A stretch of 60,041 nucleotides of DNA, filler included, from Hausera hauseri (Eukaryota), in assembly GCA_046269625.1 (NCBI GenBank). It is 10 parts of 10 records of this genome, joined end to end, with 100 filler letters (N's around TTAATTAATTAA, not from the genome) between each part and the next. Parts side by side here need not be neighbours in the genome. Positions count along the whole stretch, not along the records: positions 1 to 12,980 come from JBJURY010005567.1; positions 13,081 to 18,712 come from JBJURY010216966.1; positions 18,813 to 23,472 come from JBJURY010486020.1; positions 23,573 to 27,895 come from JBJURY010635108.1; 6 more parts are not named here. The stretch is one strand, 5' to 3'. The notes under the pieces are model-generated. The model saw only the letters and a program-made list of their open reading frames with translations. It was not told the DNA's origin and did not search any database. This document shows, in pieces, positions 12,575-24,639 of the stretch. Numbering within the stretch: position 1 is the first letter of the stretch; the number at the start of each line of letters is the position of its first letter. A program made the translations under genes and the position numbers.

Positions 12575-12790
12575 TAAATTCACAACACTACAATACAACA
12601 TTTCACAAGACACTTGAAATTTCTATAAAAATTCTTTCGGAAACTCATTCAAACCTCACAGCTATCCTCCCTTTTGTACTACTCGGGTGGCGCAACATTC
12701 CATTAACCACCGCAGGTTGTGTACCTGTAGAAACTCTTTTTGGCACTACAGTACATGCACTTTTTGAACTTACCGATCTAGACAATACGT
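12575..12790 (+). pseudogene. Gypsy integrase core fragment, same family as 24640-24860
   Basis: FHKTLEISIKIL...LPFVLLGWRNIP..TAGCVPVETLFG; homologous to ERFHRTMKISIKIL..LPLVLLGWRNTP. Confidence 0.75.
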
Positions 12791-12980
12791 CAACTGATTA
12801 TCTGACATCTTCCAGTAATAATAAGTACCATTCAAAATTTTCACTGAAAACTGTCAATAATCATTCGGTCAGCAAAATGAGTCATAAAAGAGACAGTAGC
12901 AATAAACCATTTAATTCTGTTGCATTGATTTTTACTGAAAAACAGTAAAATTCAATACAACGGAATTAAATGGTTTATTG

Positions 12981-13080
12981 NNNNNNNNNNNNNNNNNNNN
13001 NNNNNNNNNNNNNNNNNNNNNNNNTTAATTAATTAANNNNNNNNNNNNNNNNNNNNNNNNNNNNNNNNNNNNNNNNNNNN
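12981..13080. other. Artificial contig linker N44-TTAATTAATTAA-N44 (all-frame stop); same linker at 18713-18812, 23473-23572, 27896-27995, 33106-33205, 37415-37514, 44803-44902, 50300-50399, 55489-55588
   Basis: Nine identical 100-bp N/TTAATTAATTAA/N blocks; content changes abruptly across each. A separate 10-N scaffold gap lies at 8585-8594. Confidence 0.98.
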
Positions 13081-13449
13081 AAAAGTGATCCGCTGTACTC
13101 TACTCGTTTCGCTTCTGTCATTGGCAAATTCAAAGACGAAAGCAAGGGCAGCGTTCAATATCAAGAAGCTATTTTCTTACGTCCAAAATCATATGCCCTC
13201 AAAACCCAATCCAAACCAGTGCTCAAGTGCAAAGGAATCAACCTCAAGCAAACAGACTTACAATTCAGTAACTACTTGCAGGCGTATGAAACCGGTTGCG
13301 GCACTATGGTAGATCAAGAGCGAATTGGCAGTAAGAACCACCAGCTCATGACCATCACCTCAAAAAAGAAAGCACTGGATCCCTTCGATGACAAACGACA
13401 CTGGGTTGATAAAAACCATAGTGTCGCATATGGACATTATTCTATTTGA
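13081..13449 (+). mobile_element. pPolB: Polinton/Maverick protein-primed DNA polymerase B, C-terminus (copy 1)
   Basis: GKFKDE, FLRPKSYAL, KCKGI, KKALDPFDDKR, SVAYGHY motifs in one frame. Confidence 0.9.
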
Positions 13450-13849
13450 TTGCTTGTATATTAATAAATATTTATTTCTTGTCATCTTTTTTCACAAATA
13501 AGGGATGGGAATAGTGAAACCCTGTTGGCCCCACTGCTCCTTGACTGGTCCTCTACTCCTATTGGCAAATTTTTCCTTCACATGATGACGTGTTCGCCTT
13601 CCATTGGCTTCTTTCCTTCCCTGGGGGGGTTTTGGGCCAACTCCTCACTTCTAACTACTCTTATACAAGTTCGGTTTAACGTTCTCGTTAATGTACCCTG
13701 TGACTCATCCCGAACCACTTCTTTTCTCCTTCCCTGGGGGTAGGGATTGGTGCTATGCTCTCCCTTCTATCTACTACCGCCGTCAATCACCCCAATACCT
13801 AATTCAGTCTCAATTAAATTATTTAGTCGGTACAAACACTAATCTATCA

Positions 13850-14608
13850 AAAAGCCGAAACCTTGGCAGGAGCCGTGATGAAAAAAATCTTTTGCCGATA
13901 TGGACTCCCTGAACAAATATTGACAGATCGAGAAAGAAATTTTACAAACGAACTCTTCGAGAAAATTATCAAAGTATTTGAAATCGAATGATTAACTACT
14001 AAAGCATACCACCTCAATGTAATGGAATGGTTGAATGCAACTGTTGTACGTATCTTATCAACAGTAGTTACCAGGGACCAAAATGATTGGGACGAATTTT
14101 TAGAAGGCACCCAATTTGCTATTAATACAACACTACATCCGGCAACTAGATTTACACCATTCTTTATGATGTATGGACGAGTAGCTGTATTGCCAACCGG
14201 TCTAGGAATAACACCATACACAGTTAACCCTGAAGATTTAGAGAAGAATTTTGCAGAAGTGCTACAAACTCGACTACAGAAGTGCTGGGAAATTGCCAAA
14301 GAATTATCCAAAGAATATCAAAAGCAATTTAAAAAGCAATGTAATAAGAAAGCAAAACCGCACGATTTAGAACAAGGAAATTGGATATATGTACATTACC
14401 GAGTTGCCAAAAAGGCACATCATTGAAATTTACTCGAACTGGTAGAGGACCGTACGAAATTATCAGAACTACGCCAACCACAGCTTATATCAACAAAAAC
14501 GGGAAAGTAGAAGTCTTATCAGTACAGAGAGTCGTCAAGACAGATATACGACCAAATATGTGTTACAATCTACGTCAACGAGACAAAAACGTCCTCAATA
14601 ATCGCTAG
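13850..14608 (+). pseudogene. int: Gypsy integrase core, GPY/F module and YNLR tail (frameshifted)
   Basis: YGLPEQILTDRERNF, TTKAYH, WDEFL..QFAINTT.H.AT.FTPFFMMYGR, GRGPYEI, YNLRQR. Confidence 0.9.
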
Positions 14609-15700
14609 ACCTATATCGTGCGTGCAGATAGTCTTAGCACTGTCGCTAATTGCTTCATATATCTCAAAAACTCAAACCCAACGTGGGATGAGGAAACTAC
14701 GTTAGGTGACGTATATGGATTTCTAAGAAGTGGGCCAAAACCAAAAAACATAATAAAGCAAAGTAAGCCAACGGATGAAGAAATCCGAAAACGTGAAGAC
14801 CCTAAGCTGTTACGATCGATGAAGGCTTATTATTTCACGCCTGAGAATATGTGCGTTAGATTTAGAACTTGGAGACCACAGCACAAATTTGAAAAATTTT
14901 AAGTAGTATTGCATGATAAAGCGAGAAACGAAGTAAATAACTGTGATTTTGAACCCGGTGATTATGCACAATGCTGTGATATAAATTGCGGACGCATCTA
15001 CGTCCTTACTTATCGATTGTACCTAACGGATTCATCTGAAGTCCATGTCGAAGTAAATCCACAGCTTCAATTAGTTACGCCTATCCTAGACAGGCGATTT
15101 AAGTCAAAATTCGACGAATTGTTGCAATCTACTGATCCAAACATACGAGCGTTGGACGAGAATATCGAAGGATTTCGGTAAATAAGAAGAAACAATGCAT
15201 TCAAGTAGACGCTAAAACAGGATTAACTCTCGCACAAGACATTAGCATTATATTCGAGGCGGTAAATGGACAAACACCAAAAATAGAATACTGCTCCGTT
15301 CATAACGGGGTGCAACACCCGTGTTGTAAATTGCCAGTAAATCGAGAATTTAAGATAAGATTTGACTTATACCAAGTACGGCCAAACAAATCGAGCATGT
15401 GGTTGCGTACTTACCATCCAGAAAATAGAATATGGAGAATACCAATGAAAACGGCAACGAGAAGGCCAACCACTCGAATGAGTGCCATTACTGAAACCGA
15501 TACTTCAGAGAAAACACCTAAAAGAGAACTAGAAAATACACCTATTAAATATTCGGCCCACCGATATAAGATTGTGTCTTCTGTAGAAGTGATAGTAAAT
15601 TATGATATTCACCTAAGCTGCCAAACAACGTATAATAATCAAGTTGTGACATTACTTAAATATACTTATCAAACAGAATGCAATTTATTAAAACGATAAG
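14590..15700 (+). pseudogene. Post-integrase secreted/membrane Cys-rich ectodomain (second glycoprotein), decayed
   Basis: Signal-like SCVQIVLALSLIASYISKTQ directly after YNLR; Cys pattern and segments (QCC, PCCKLP, NYD..LSCQTTYNNQ.V) homologous to 35627-36720. Confidence 0.65.
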
Positions 15701-16238
15701 TCTTTTAGAGGAAAATAATGTTGCGAGTTATTTGGTCTGATATTTCGATCTTTCTAAGATCTTTCTACTCTGAAGATGATCTTAGAAAGATCAAAATATC
15801 AGAACCAAATAACTCGCAACATTATTGTCCCCTAAAAGACTTATCGTTTAATATACCATTAAATGTTGCTCCTAAAAAACTTCCATATTTTGAAATGTAT
15901 TAAAACCATAATAAGACTACATAATACAGGTATACGCACGAAATAAACAGAATCAAATGTTTACACTACGTACCTTAAGCGACGTTCATGCAGAACCACA
16001 TATATATGAAAATATAGACGATGAATTTACAATTCCAATCACTACATAAAAGCCAATGGGATTAACAACTTTACCAATCCTATAAATTGCCAAAAATTGT
16101 CATTGTAAGCGCCACAAAATCGAAGAAAGGGAATTAAGGGTAACGACACCCCGAGACGAAACCTATGATGAAATAACCTGACAATTACAGATCAGGTTAT
16201 GCTACCTACAAACAGAAAATTGGTTCTATTTTAAAACA

Positions 16239-16860
16239 ATGATCTGTTTTAGGATTAACCTGAAATATTTCATTTTTAGTAAAGTAAGTATTTCTATGGC
16301 GACGAAGGCCGAAGCCGGTCAGATTCGAGAATGCGACATCAATGATTTCCTGGACAAACACGTGACTGTCCTGATACCACAATCGAAATCCATTTACCTC
16401 CAAATAAACAAAGAATTACACGAGAAAACATTCGTCGAATTCAACTAAACTAATAAGATCCCCAACCATTTAAAAGTTACGACCAAAGAGAATAGGACTA
16501 TGCGTCTATACGCAATGAGACAAGATTCAGATGCTCAGGCATATTCCTTAAGAAGTCTGATAAAATACGAACTAGTATATCACCAAAGGATTTACATCCA
16601 CTTAGCTGAAGGTGAATTATAGTATCGCATAAGCTGAAGAACTGGGACGCTAACAAAGGGAAACTACGTCGTTTTAGAACTTACGCTACTCTTAACTGGG
16701 ATCATGAATGGACGCCGGGAAATCCCCGACAAAACTTAAAAATGAACACAAACCCTGAAGGACTGTATATGATGCATCGGAAAAATTACCGACCATATTC
16801 ACCAACCCGCACAGTTAGGACCACTAGAGAGAATAAAATTCAAGTTACAGTATGTTAGCC
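16239..16860 (+). pseudogene. Downstream accessory ORF of the same element; exonuclease-like core deleted
   Basis: INDFLDKHVTVLIPQSKSIY..NKIPNHLKVTTKEN..LYAMR..IYIHLAEGE matches 34703-35200; it then jumps directly to WDHEWTPGNP..NL..NPE, matching 33974-34150. Confidence 0.7.
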
Positions 16861-16924
16861 ATTGAAAGATAAAGGAAACCTTGAGTATGGGAAAAATGCG
16901 GGTTCTTCCTCACCCCCTGTGGGG

Positions 16925-17270
16925 TGTGCGCGTCGATAAATCTATAGTGCCAATCGATAGTGCACACGGAGCACTATCGATCCGTAAAATGCTAGGCGAC
17001 GGTGCGGCTAGACACCGTTGCTAATGGCGCTTTTGCACATTTTACAAATCGATCGCTGCACAGTGCAGTATTGATCGAATCGATCGGGACAAAGTGCTAA
17101 TTGATAGCGCAAATCAGTGCGCATCGATTGGTGCACCGTGCAGGTGTACAGCACACGTGCAAGTGTGCAAAAATCAATAATATCGGATTTTCGATATTCC
17201 CAATATTGATTATTGGGGCACGGCACCGCGTGCAATCGAAATCAAGCATGATGCACTGTGTATGTGCAGT
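16925..17270. repeat. Palindrome-rich fold-back segment (MITE-like or structured RNA)
   Basis: Perfect 11-bp hairpin ATCGATAGTGC-ACACGGA-GCACTATCGAT (16953-16981), stem CGACGGTG/CACCGTTG, many ATCGAT and GTGCAC words. Confidence 0.55.
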
Positions 17271-17399
17271 TAGAATTCCTCCATGTTTCACATATTGAAG
17301 GGCTGAAGGACTTAACATTTTCTTGTTACATATTTGTCCGTGATATTCGTGTGCCGGGTCTAACTGAGGTAAATCGGTAACCAGTTTCCGTTTATACTT

Positions 17400-18712
17400 C
17401 TGTCCTAGTGATTTTACCGAAAATCTTTAAAGTTTTTTTAAGTATCTGCCACTTCTCGGTTTGATATTTGAATCATCTTCGTCATTATTATTTTTAGCAT
17501 TTAGGGTATTATATGGCGAATTCTTCTCAATTTTGTTATTCCTTCCTTTAAGAACTTTTTTATTTTGCATCATGATTTGCAAGAAAACAACTAGCAACCG
17601 CTGGTATTACTGGTATTAGGATTTTCCATGAGCATCCTACTGCTGAATGTATTCTGTAAGCCTTACCGAGTATAATGAATATCGTTCGTAGAGCGCTGAT
17701 GATAAAATATATTTTTAAAAATCCTGAGGCAACTTGACCAAAATATATAAATTTTCCCACATTTTTTCCATAATATTTCGGGTGACTTTCTTGAAGTAGT
17801 CTTTCCCCATTAAATTTTCCCATTGTGGTGACCCATCTCCGTCCCACATTACTCTTGTTAATTCCGTTGTCACGCGTTGCCTCTGCTGGGATAACAATAA
17901 CATTCGTCAGTAGTCCTCTAATTTCTGTTGCGTATAAATTCCTTTTTGTGATATACCGGTAAGTGGTTCAAATTTCTGATTTCTTTGTAAATTAACCAGG
18001 CTTAATGTTTCTGGTTTCGTTAATGGTTCTCTTTTCGGCATTCTAATCCATTTGACTTTCAGTTTGAACATTGGCGACATATTAAAAGTACAATTGTCCA
18101 GCTGAGTTGGTCTTGCATTAGTGTCTAGTAATATTCTAGTTACTTTCACTACGTACTGAGACTCCATTTTATAAATTATTGGTAATTCTGCAGCACATTC
18201 CTCCGTTGGCCTAATGGCTACTTCTATCTTTTTACACTCAATAGTTATCAATACTTCACCCATCACTCTTCCGATCACTCCATCGCCGAATGGCATCACC
18301 GGAGCTACCATATCAGGATTGGTTATTACTAATGCCATCTTATTCCGTATTATTTCATAATTCAGTTAGCATTCGTTCAGTATAATTTTCCTATATAAAC
18401 TTCTGATCTCTTTCCTGATGTATTTGATTAGAAAGTCGATTTTATTATAAAGTATTGAGTCAATTTTATATCCTTCTTATCTATTTTTGTTTTAGCTTGA
18501 GCTATCTCTTTAGTCGAGAGGTGTATACCTTTATAGTTGGTTTTAAAATTTTCTTCATTACACTTATTAATCGTTCCAATGATTTTAAATCGCATCAATT
18601 CTTCGGGGTTTTCCGAATATACCACCGTTGCTACTTCTGTCATCTTTACTTCTTTAACTCCTTCCTTATATGTTGTCGATTCTCTTTCGGCCGTTTTTCC
18701 TACCGTCTTATT
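17400..18712 (-). pseudogene. env: Third copy of the class III env glycoprotein (C-terminal half, TM, tail)
   Basis: NPDMVAPVMPFGDGVIGRVMGEVLITIECKKIEV..ECAAELPIIY..SQKGIY..GKFIYFGQVASGFL parallels 790-2100; 18428-18643 parallels 50400-50599. Confidence 0.85.
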
Positions 18713-21700
18713 NNNNNNNNNNNNNNNNNNNNNNNNNNNNNNNNNNNNNNNNNNNNTTAATTAATTAANNNNNNNNNNNNNNNNNNNNNNNNNNNNNNNN
18801 NNNNNNNNNNNNCTATGATGCCATTATGTGGTACTGTGCGGTTTTAAGAAGCTGCTGTGGGATGCCATATAGGACGCTGTCTATGTCTGGGTTGTCAGTG
18901 TAGTGTAGTCCCTCTTTGCTCCTGGAATGTGGAACAAGACAGCTGATGGTGCTTCACGTATATGACTACTGTAATCAGCTGATATGAAGGATATTTCGAT
19001 GACAGCAGCTGTTACTTTATTTTTCCTCTGATCCCTTCTCTAACGACAAGCGTGGAAGTCCCACTTTAGGGGTCTCGGATTGACAATCGTTGCTGAGCGA
19101 AGACAATAGGCTCATCTGGATGTAGTTCTTGATAGTGCAGGTCGACTGCCTCTGCAAAAATTTCAGACCACTGAATCTTACATGTTAAGCTATTAGCCAC
19201 TGGCTCTTTAAGACGAACTGCTCGTTGTCTCGACGAAACTAACTTGGCTGACCCCAGTTCTTCTTGTTTTCACAAGACCACAACTGGCTGTGGACCTGAG
19301 CATCTGGCCTCTACCAATGCTGGGCACAAATTAAACTGTTGCTTCCCTACGCGTCATCTTATATTCTGGGTGGTTTCCATTTTGCGTGTCTAGGCCGTTG
19401 GTCAGTCTGTCTGTTTTCTCCGTCGACCAACCATATGTTTTAACGTCGCTCAATCAGCTTTTGTTTGGGCTTCTATGAATGTTCTTTTCCGATGTGTTTC
19501 CTAAACGCTGTATACTATTTTTTCGACTTGCATAGTGGACGCTGCCATTTTGCGTAGGGTGTAATTCTTTGTGTTATTTTATTGCGCTTTTGTACTGTTT
19601 TAGTATGCAATTTTATGTCGGAGGTTCGTTTATTTCTGCGGAGGATAAACACTATCATACATCCTTGTTTGACTTGAGCATATTCTTAACTTAGTCTGTT
19701 CACTGATCACTGTTTATATGTGTAATAGCAGAAACACTGACTTTAACATTGCTCCTTCTGCGCACTAATATCAGACATGTAAGAAACCCTTGTCTACAAA
19801 ATGAAAAGTGATACTTATTGCAAGATCTGGATCTCAGTTTTTGAAATCGGCTTCTCTTCTTAGGTTGGAAGAAGTAACGCATGACAATCTAAACAAGCCG
19901 GAGAGTCTCTGAGTGCTAACAGTAACAGTTCACCTGAAAGATATACGACCAACCACCTGAAGTCACCAACTACTTGAGTACCTCCTGGGCCCTGGGACGA
20001 TCTACCTCTGGCCGTTTACTACTCTAACTCTAAACCATAACACTACTGCATCAGATCTACCCGCTGCTGCAACAGGAACTACAACTCTAACACATCTGCA
20101 GTTATCAGTTCAACCACATCTACAGCAAACTGAGACATTAACTGGCTTATAAAATCTAGTTTTCTTTGTCTCTTGGCCGGCTCTGTCCATATGTTATTAT
20201 GTAAACGCTAATTCGAACTTGCTGCAACATACCGGGCAGACAAATTGACGGTCAAGATACAGACACAGATTAAGGCATAGAAAAAGCGGCATGCATGGCA
20301 CTGTCGTTTGTAATGCGCGGTCTTGTCGAGTATACATGACTTTAGCCAACTTTTCGTTTGCTGGAGCATAATGTGCTCTTCCTAGAGTGGCTAAAATGTA
20401 ACTAGGTGATACGATCTTCACTGCACGAGCTATATCCTCGTTAACTTGTTTCCGTCCTGCATGGTGTGGATGTGGGGCTGACATCTTTGTCTGTTGGGCA
20501 TCAACAGGTTACTAAATTTTCTCACCATAGGCAAAGTTCAAATCCAATGACCCTCATGTTAGAAGCCATGAGTCAACACCAACAGAAACAAGGACTAATC
20601 TTTACCAGTATGACATATCTGCAAATAACAATACATGTTTTAATGACACGCTCTCATGCGGGATATCCGGCACCAGGTGTTAGATTATCTTGCAGACATA
20701 GATGCAAATATGCCTGAATATGCAAATGTGTTTGGCAGAAAACGTGAAGTTTTATTGATTTCATCAGCGATGTCAGGTATTTATCTGTTTCTATCTGTAT
20801 ATTTATACATTCTTAATCCAGTTTTGTTCAGAACTTTTACGGATACACTTTGCCGAGAAAGTCCATTTCATTTAGACCGCCAGGCTTAGATAGCCGTGAG
20901 GTTCGGCGTGCCAATTTTCCTACTCAACCGTTACAGATAGTAAGGCGTTATAAAACAGCCAATTGTGTTAAACACTGAACTCTGGGTCATCTAAAATTTC
21001 AACTATCCATCTGTCTAATTAGAGCCATCACACCCCAAATTGAAATGCACTGCACCGATGATGTGTAATCCGTACAGTTATGAGTATTAATGGGTTATCT
21101 AGCTAGCAATATATCCTGTAGAATACGCATCTTTGTATGACATTAAATGTAAATGAACAAGACGCGCAACATTGTGTGAGACTCTGTTATTCATACTGTA
21201 TTACATTGTTTGATTTCAAATAATCTGATGGAACGAAACAACGTGAATGCGAATGTCGTGCCCTGAGCTACTTACGAGGGAGACAACAATTCGAAATGTG
21301 TCAACGTTTTCTTTTCTTGACATAAATGATGTAAATAAACGATACCACGATACGCGCATGACAAGTTAAATTTTGCGAACAATCGACATTCTGATGGACA
21401 GGTGGAGGTTGTAGCCGGGACAGCATAATTATAGATAACATGGAGGAAATAAAAACAAATTGATGTCAAGGAAACGACTAAGGGAGACAGATGGTCGAAT
21501 TTTGTACACATACAATTGTATGCTTGATTGCGCTTGAAGTGAAATGTAAAATTTGATTTTAATTTCACGTGAACATTTAATCAAAGAGAATCTGCTTCTG
21601 GTAGTGTACTAAGAATGACGCCATTGTGGTCCACACCAACCAAGCTGAGAAGTGTGTTAATCCAGAAATGCCATTGTGACTGGATTAGCTTTGTAAAATT

Positions 21701-21789
21701 ATGTACATAAGAAAAAAAATCACAGTAGTAGTATTATAGACAATAACCAGCCGTAAATCAGGCTGAGGGTCAGGCTAAGTATATACACT

Positions 21790-22565
21790 TTTGAGAGCGA
21801 GTCGGGGTAAAGGACGGTGAGATTTTCTGGTAAGGTCGTGTTCGTAAGGGTATTCCCGCTGGTTTAGGGCGACTTCGTCGCGCTTGAGGCTGTTTTTGGG
21901 ACCGAGTCGGGGTATGGGAGGGCGAGCTTTTCTGTTAAAATCGCGTTTCTTAAGGGTACTGCCGCTGGTTTAGGGCGACTTCGTCGCGCTTGGGTATGTC
22001 TTTGGGCCCGAATCGGGGTAAGGAACGGTGAGATTTTCTGTTAAAATCGCGTTTCTTAAGGGTACTGCCGCTGGTTTAGGCCGACTTCGTCGAGCTTCTA
22101 GATGTTTTTGGGAGCGAGTCGTGGGAAGGAACGGTGAGCTTTTCTGTTAAAGTCGCGTTTCTTATGGTTGCAGGTGTGGTTTAAGTCGTGTTTAGTGACA
22201 AGCAAGGGGAGATATTTTCTGCTAAGGTCGTTTTCCTTTGAGTGCTGCCGGTAGTTTTGGTTGACTTAATCGCGTTTGTGGGTGTTTTTGGGAGCGAGTC
22301 GGGGTAAGGGCCGGTGAGATTTTCTTGTAAAGTCGCGTTTGTGGGTGTTTTTGCGAGTGAATTGGGGTAAGGACCGGGGTATTTTTCTGTTAAAGTCGCT
22401 GTTCTTATGGTTGCGGGCGTGGTTTAGGACAAATTTCTCATGTTTAGTGACAAGTAAGGGGCGATATTTTTTGCTAAGGTCGTGTTTCTTAGAGTGCTGA
22501 CGCGAGTTTAGGTCGACTTCTTCGCACTTGTGGATGTTTTTGGGATTGAGTCGGGGTAAGGGACA
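21790..22565. repeat. Tandem satellite, ~105-106-bp G/T-rich unit, degenerating distally
   Basis: GAGTCGGGGTA-like anchor at 21799, 21904, 22010, 22116, 22296, 22548; GCTGGTTTAGG.CGACTTCGTCG recurs. Confidence 0.9.
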
Positions 22566-22639
22566 GGCTGGCTTATGAAAAAATAGATCATGCGTGGATC
22601 ACATACAGGTATCAGTACTACACGTAACAGTAGTACTGT

Positions 22640-22832
22640 TATCCCTGTACATTAACTTCATTGACTTTAAACGCGATTTTATATGGTAGCTAGGGAAGTT
22701 GGATGGAGGAATTTTTAGACATTATGGATTGTCAGTGAAGATTGTCAGCACAATTAAAAGCCTCTGTACTAACACAGAATGCAGAGTATTTCATAACAAC
22801 GATCTAACAGACACGTTTGTGGTTAGAACAAG
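22640..22832 (+). pseudogene. Non-LTR (LINE) reverse transcriptase fragment
   Basis: LYINFIDFKR..., RHYGLSVKIVSTIKSLCTNTECRV..TDTFVVRT (region leading to the GVRQG motif). Confidence 0.75.
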
Positions 22833-23149
22833 GGTGTATTCTGTCGCACGGTGCTTGCACATACCTTTGTTATGGGGGTTAGAGGGAGTCTTGTTCTCAA
22901 AGGTCATCCACCTGTATTTGGTGTTCCCTGGTTCCGACTTGTGACCGTATAGTTTTTCTTGTATTTTCTTGTCTTGTATTCTTTTGCCGGTTGAGGTCCT
23001 TTCCAGTTCAGTTAATTAATGCAATGGGGCTGTGCGTATATGGCACGGTCAAATACACAATGACTTGCACCCTTGATTGTGTGTCAATTCATAATCATAA
23101 GCTAGGCGTAAACTTACAGTCTTGCACCAACGTAACTTGTATGCAATTC

Positions 23150-23465
23150 CCAAGACTGATTATCACTAGTACCAAATGGAAGATAGAACAAGATAACTAC
23201 CACTATCCTGGGCGTGCTTGACAAGTGATCTCAGAACGGGACACAATCGAATGAACAGCCATCTACATAGACTCATATTTGTACTTCACCCATATGTGTA
23301 TGCAGACAGTTGAACATATTATACAGGACTACCATTTGTTCACTCAACCGCGTTTTGCCAACAGGAACACAAAGTTCACACTAAGCTGTATGGAAGCATA
23401 GATGAACTCACCAAGACAGCAACATTTACCAGGAAACAGGATTACTTGTGTAGACAGCATTAAAC
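23150..23465 (+). pseudogene. LINE ORF2 C-terminal zinc-knuckle region
   Basis: LRTGHNRMNSHLHRL..SP..QTVEHIIQD(Y/C)P..KLYGSIDEL pattern typical of LINE ORF2 ends. Confidence 0.65.
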
Positions 23466-23572
23466 AACAGCGNNNNNNNNNNNNNNNNNNNNNNNNNNNN
23501 NNNNNNNNNNNNNNNNTTAATTAATTAANNNNNNNNNNNNNNNNNNNNNNNNNNNNNNNNNNNNNNNNNNNN

Positions 23573-24166
23573 TCATACATTGGTCAAGCTGTTCTCGATC
23601 TTTCAAAGTTGAGAATGTATGAGCTTAACTACATTGAGTTGGAAGCATATAGGCAACAGTTCAATTGTGAACTTAATATTGTTGCTGGTGACACTGACAG
23701 TTTCTTTCTTGAGTGTCGTGGAATTGATCTCCGGTCTCAACTTTTACCTGCCATGATAACAAATGAACAGTTGGACACTTCTAACTACGACGCTACAGAC
23801 CCTCTTTATTCTGCTCGTTTTGCTTCAGTAATAGGAAAATTTAAAGATGAAAGCAAGGGCAGTGTTAAATATGAAGAAGCAATCTTCCTTCGGCCAAAAT
23901 CATACGCCCTCAAAACACAAACGAAACCAGTGTTGAAATGTAAAGGTATCAATTTGAAGCAAACCGATTTGCACTTTGACAACTACGTGCAAGCATACGA
24001 AAATGGTTGTGGGACAATTGTTGACCAAGAACGGATAGGAACAAAGAATCACCAACTGATGACAATGTGTACAAAGAAGAAAGCCCTGGATCCATTCGAT
24101 GATAAGCGACACTGGATAACAAAGAACAAAAGTGTCGCCTACGGACATTATTGTACACATGAGTAA
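23573..24166 (+). mobile_element. pPolB: Polinton pPolB C-terminus (copy 2), open frame
   Basis: IGQAVLDLSKLRMYE, AGDTDSFF (motif C), LDTSNY, GKFKDE, RPKSY, KCKG, DDKR, AYGHY. Confidence 0.92.
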
Positions 24167-24344
24167 ATATTTGTAAATAGTTTGTACTTGTTATATTAAT
24201 AAATATTTTGTGCAGAATTCTTTGTCTTCTGTTTTGTCTTAGTGTAAATTATTTTGTTGTTTCATTTTATTAAGTGACAAATTATTTTATTAAGTGTCAA
24301 TGGTATTAAGTGACAATGGTATTTTGTTTATAAAATTTAAACAA

Positions 24345-24470
24345 AAGTGGGAATAATGAAACCACGATCAATCAATATTGGGGGTGGGAATAGTGAAACC
24401 ACGATCACACCAATCAATATTTTTTCGGGGGTAGGAATAGTGAAACCACGATCACACCAATCAATATATT
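24345..24470. repeat. Three short direct repeats GGAATA(G/A)TGAAACCACGATCA downstream of pPolB
   Basis: Copies at ~24349, 24386, 24434; the core GGGAATAGTGAAACC also follows pPolB copy 1 at ~13507. Confidence 0.75.
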
Positions 24471-24639
24471 GATTTTCAAAATCAATTTTTGATTTTTAAA
24501 TTTCCACATATAAATTTCCCATACAATATTGATTATCGATCCTGGGGAGGGTTGGTGTGGTGTCCTCCCTTCCACCTACTAACCGGACCACCATTTCGAA
24601 CCCGATAAAGTTGCACAAGCGCAACTTCCATGAAAATGT

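Noticed and set aside
13025-13036. Recurrent TTAATTAATTAA palindrome
   Set aside because: Always centred in N runs; an artificial all-frame-stop linker.
18813-21780. Short ORFs and repeat-like DNA
   Set aside because: No recognisable protein motif or terminal structure; left unannotated.
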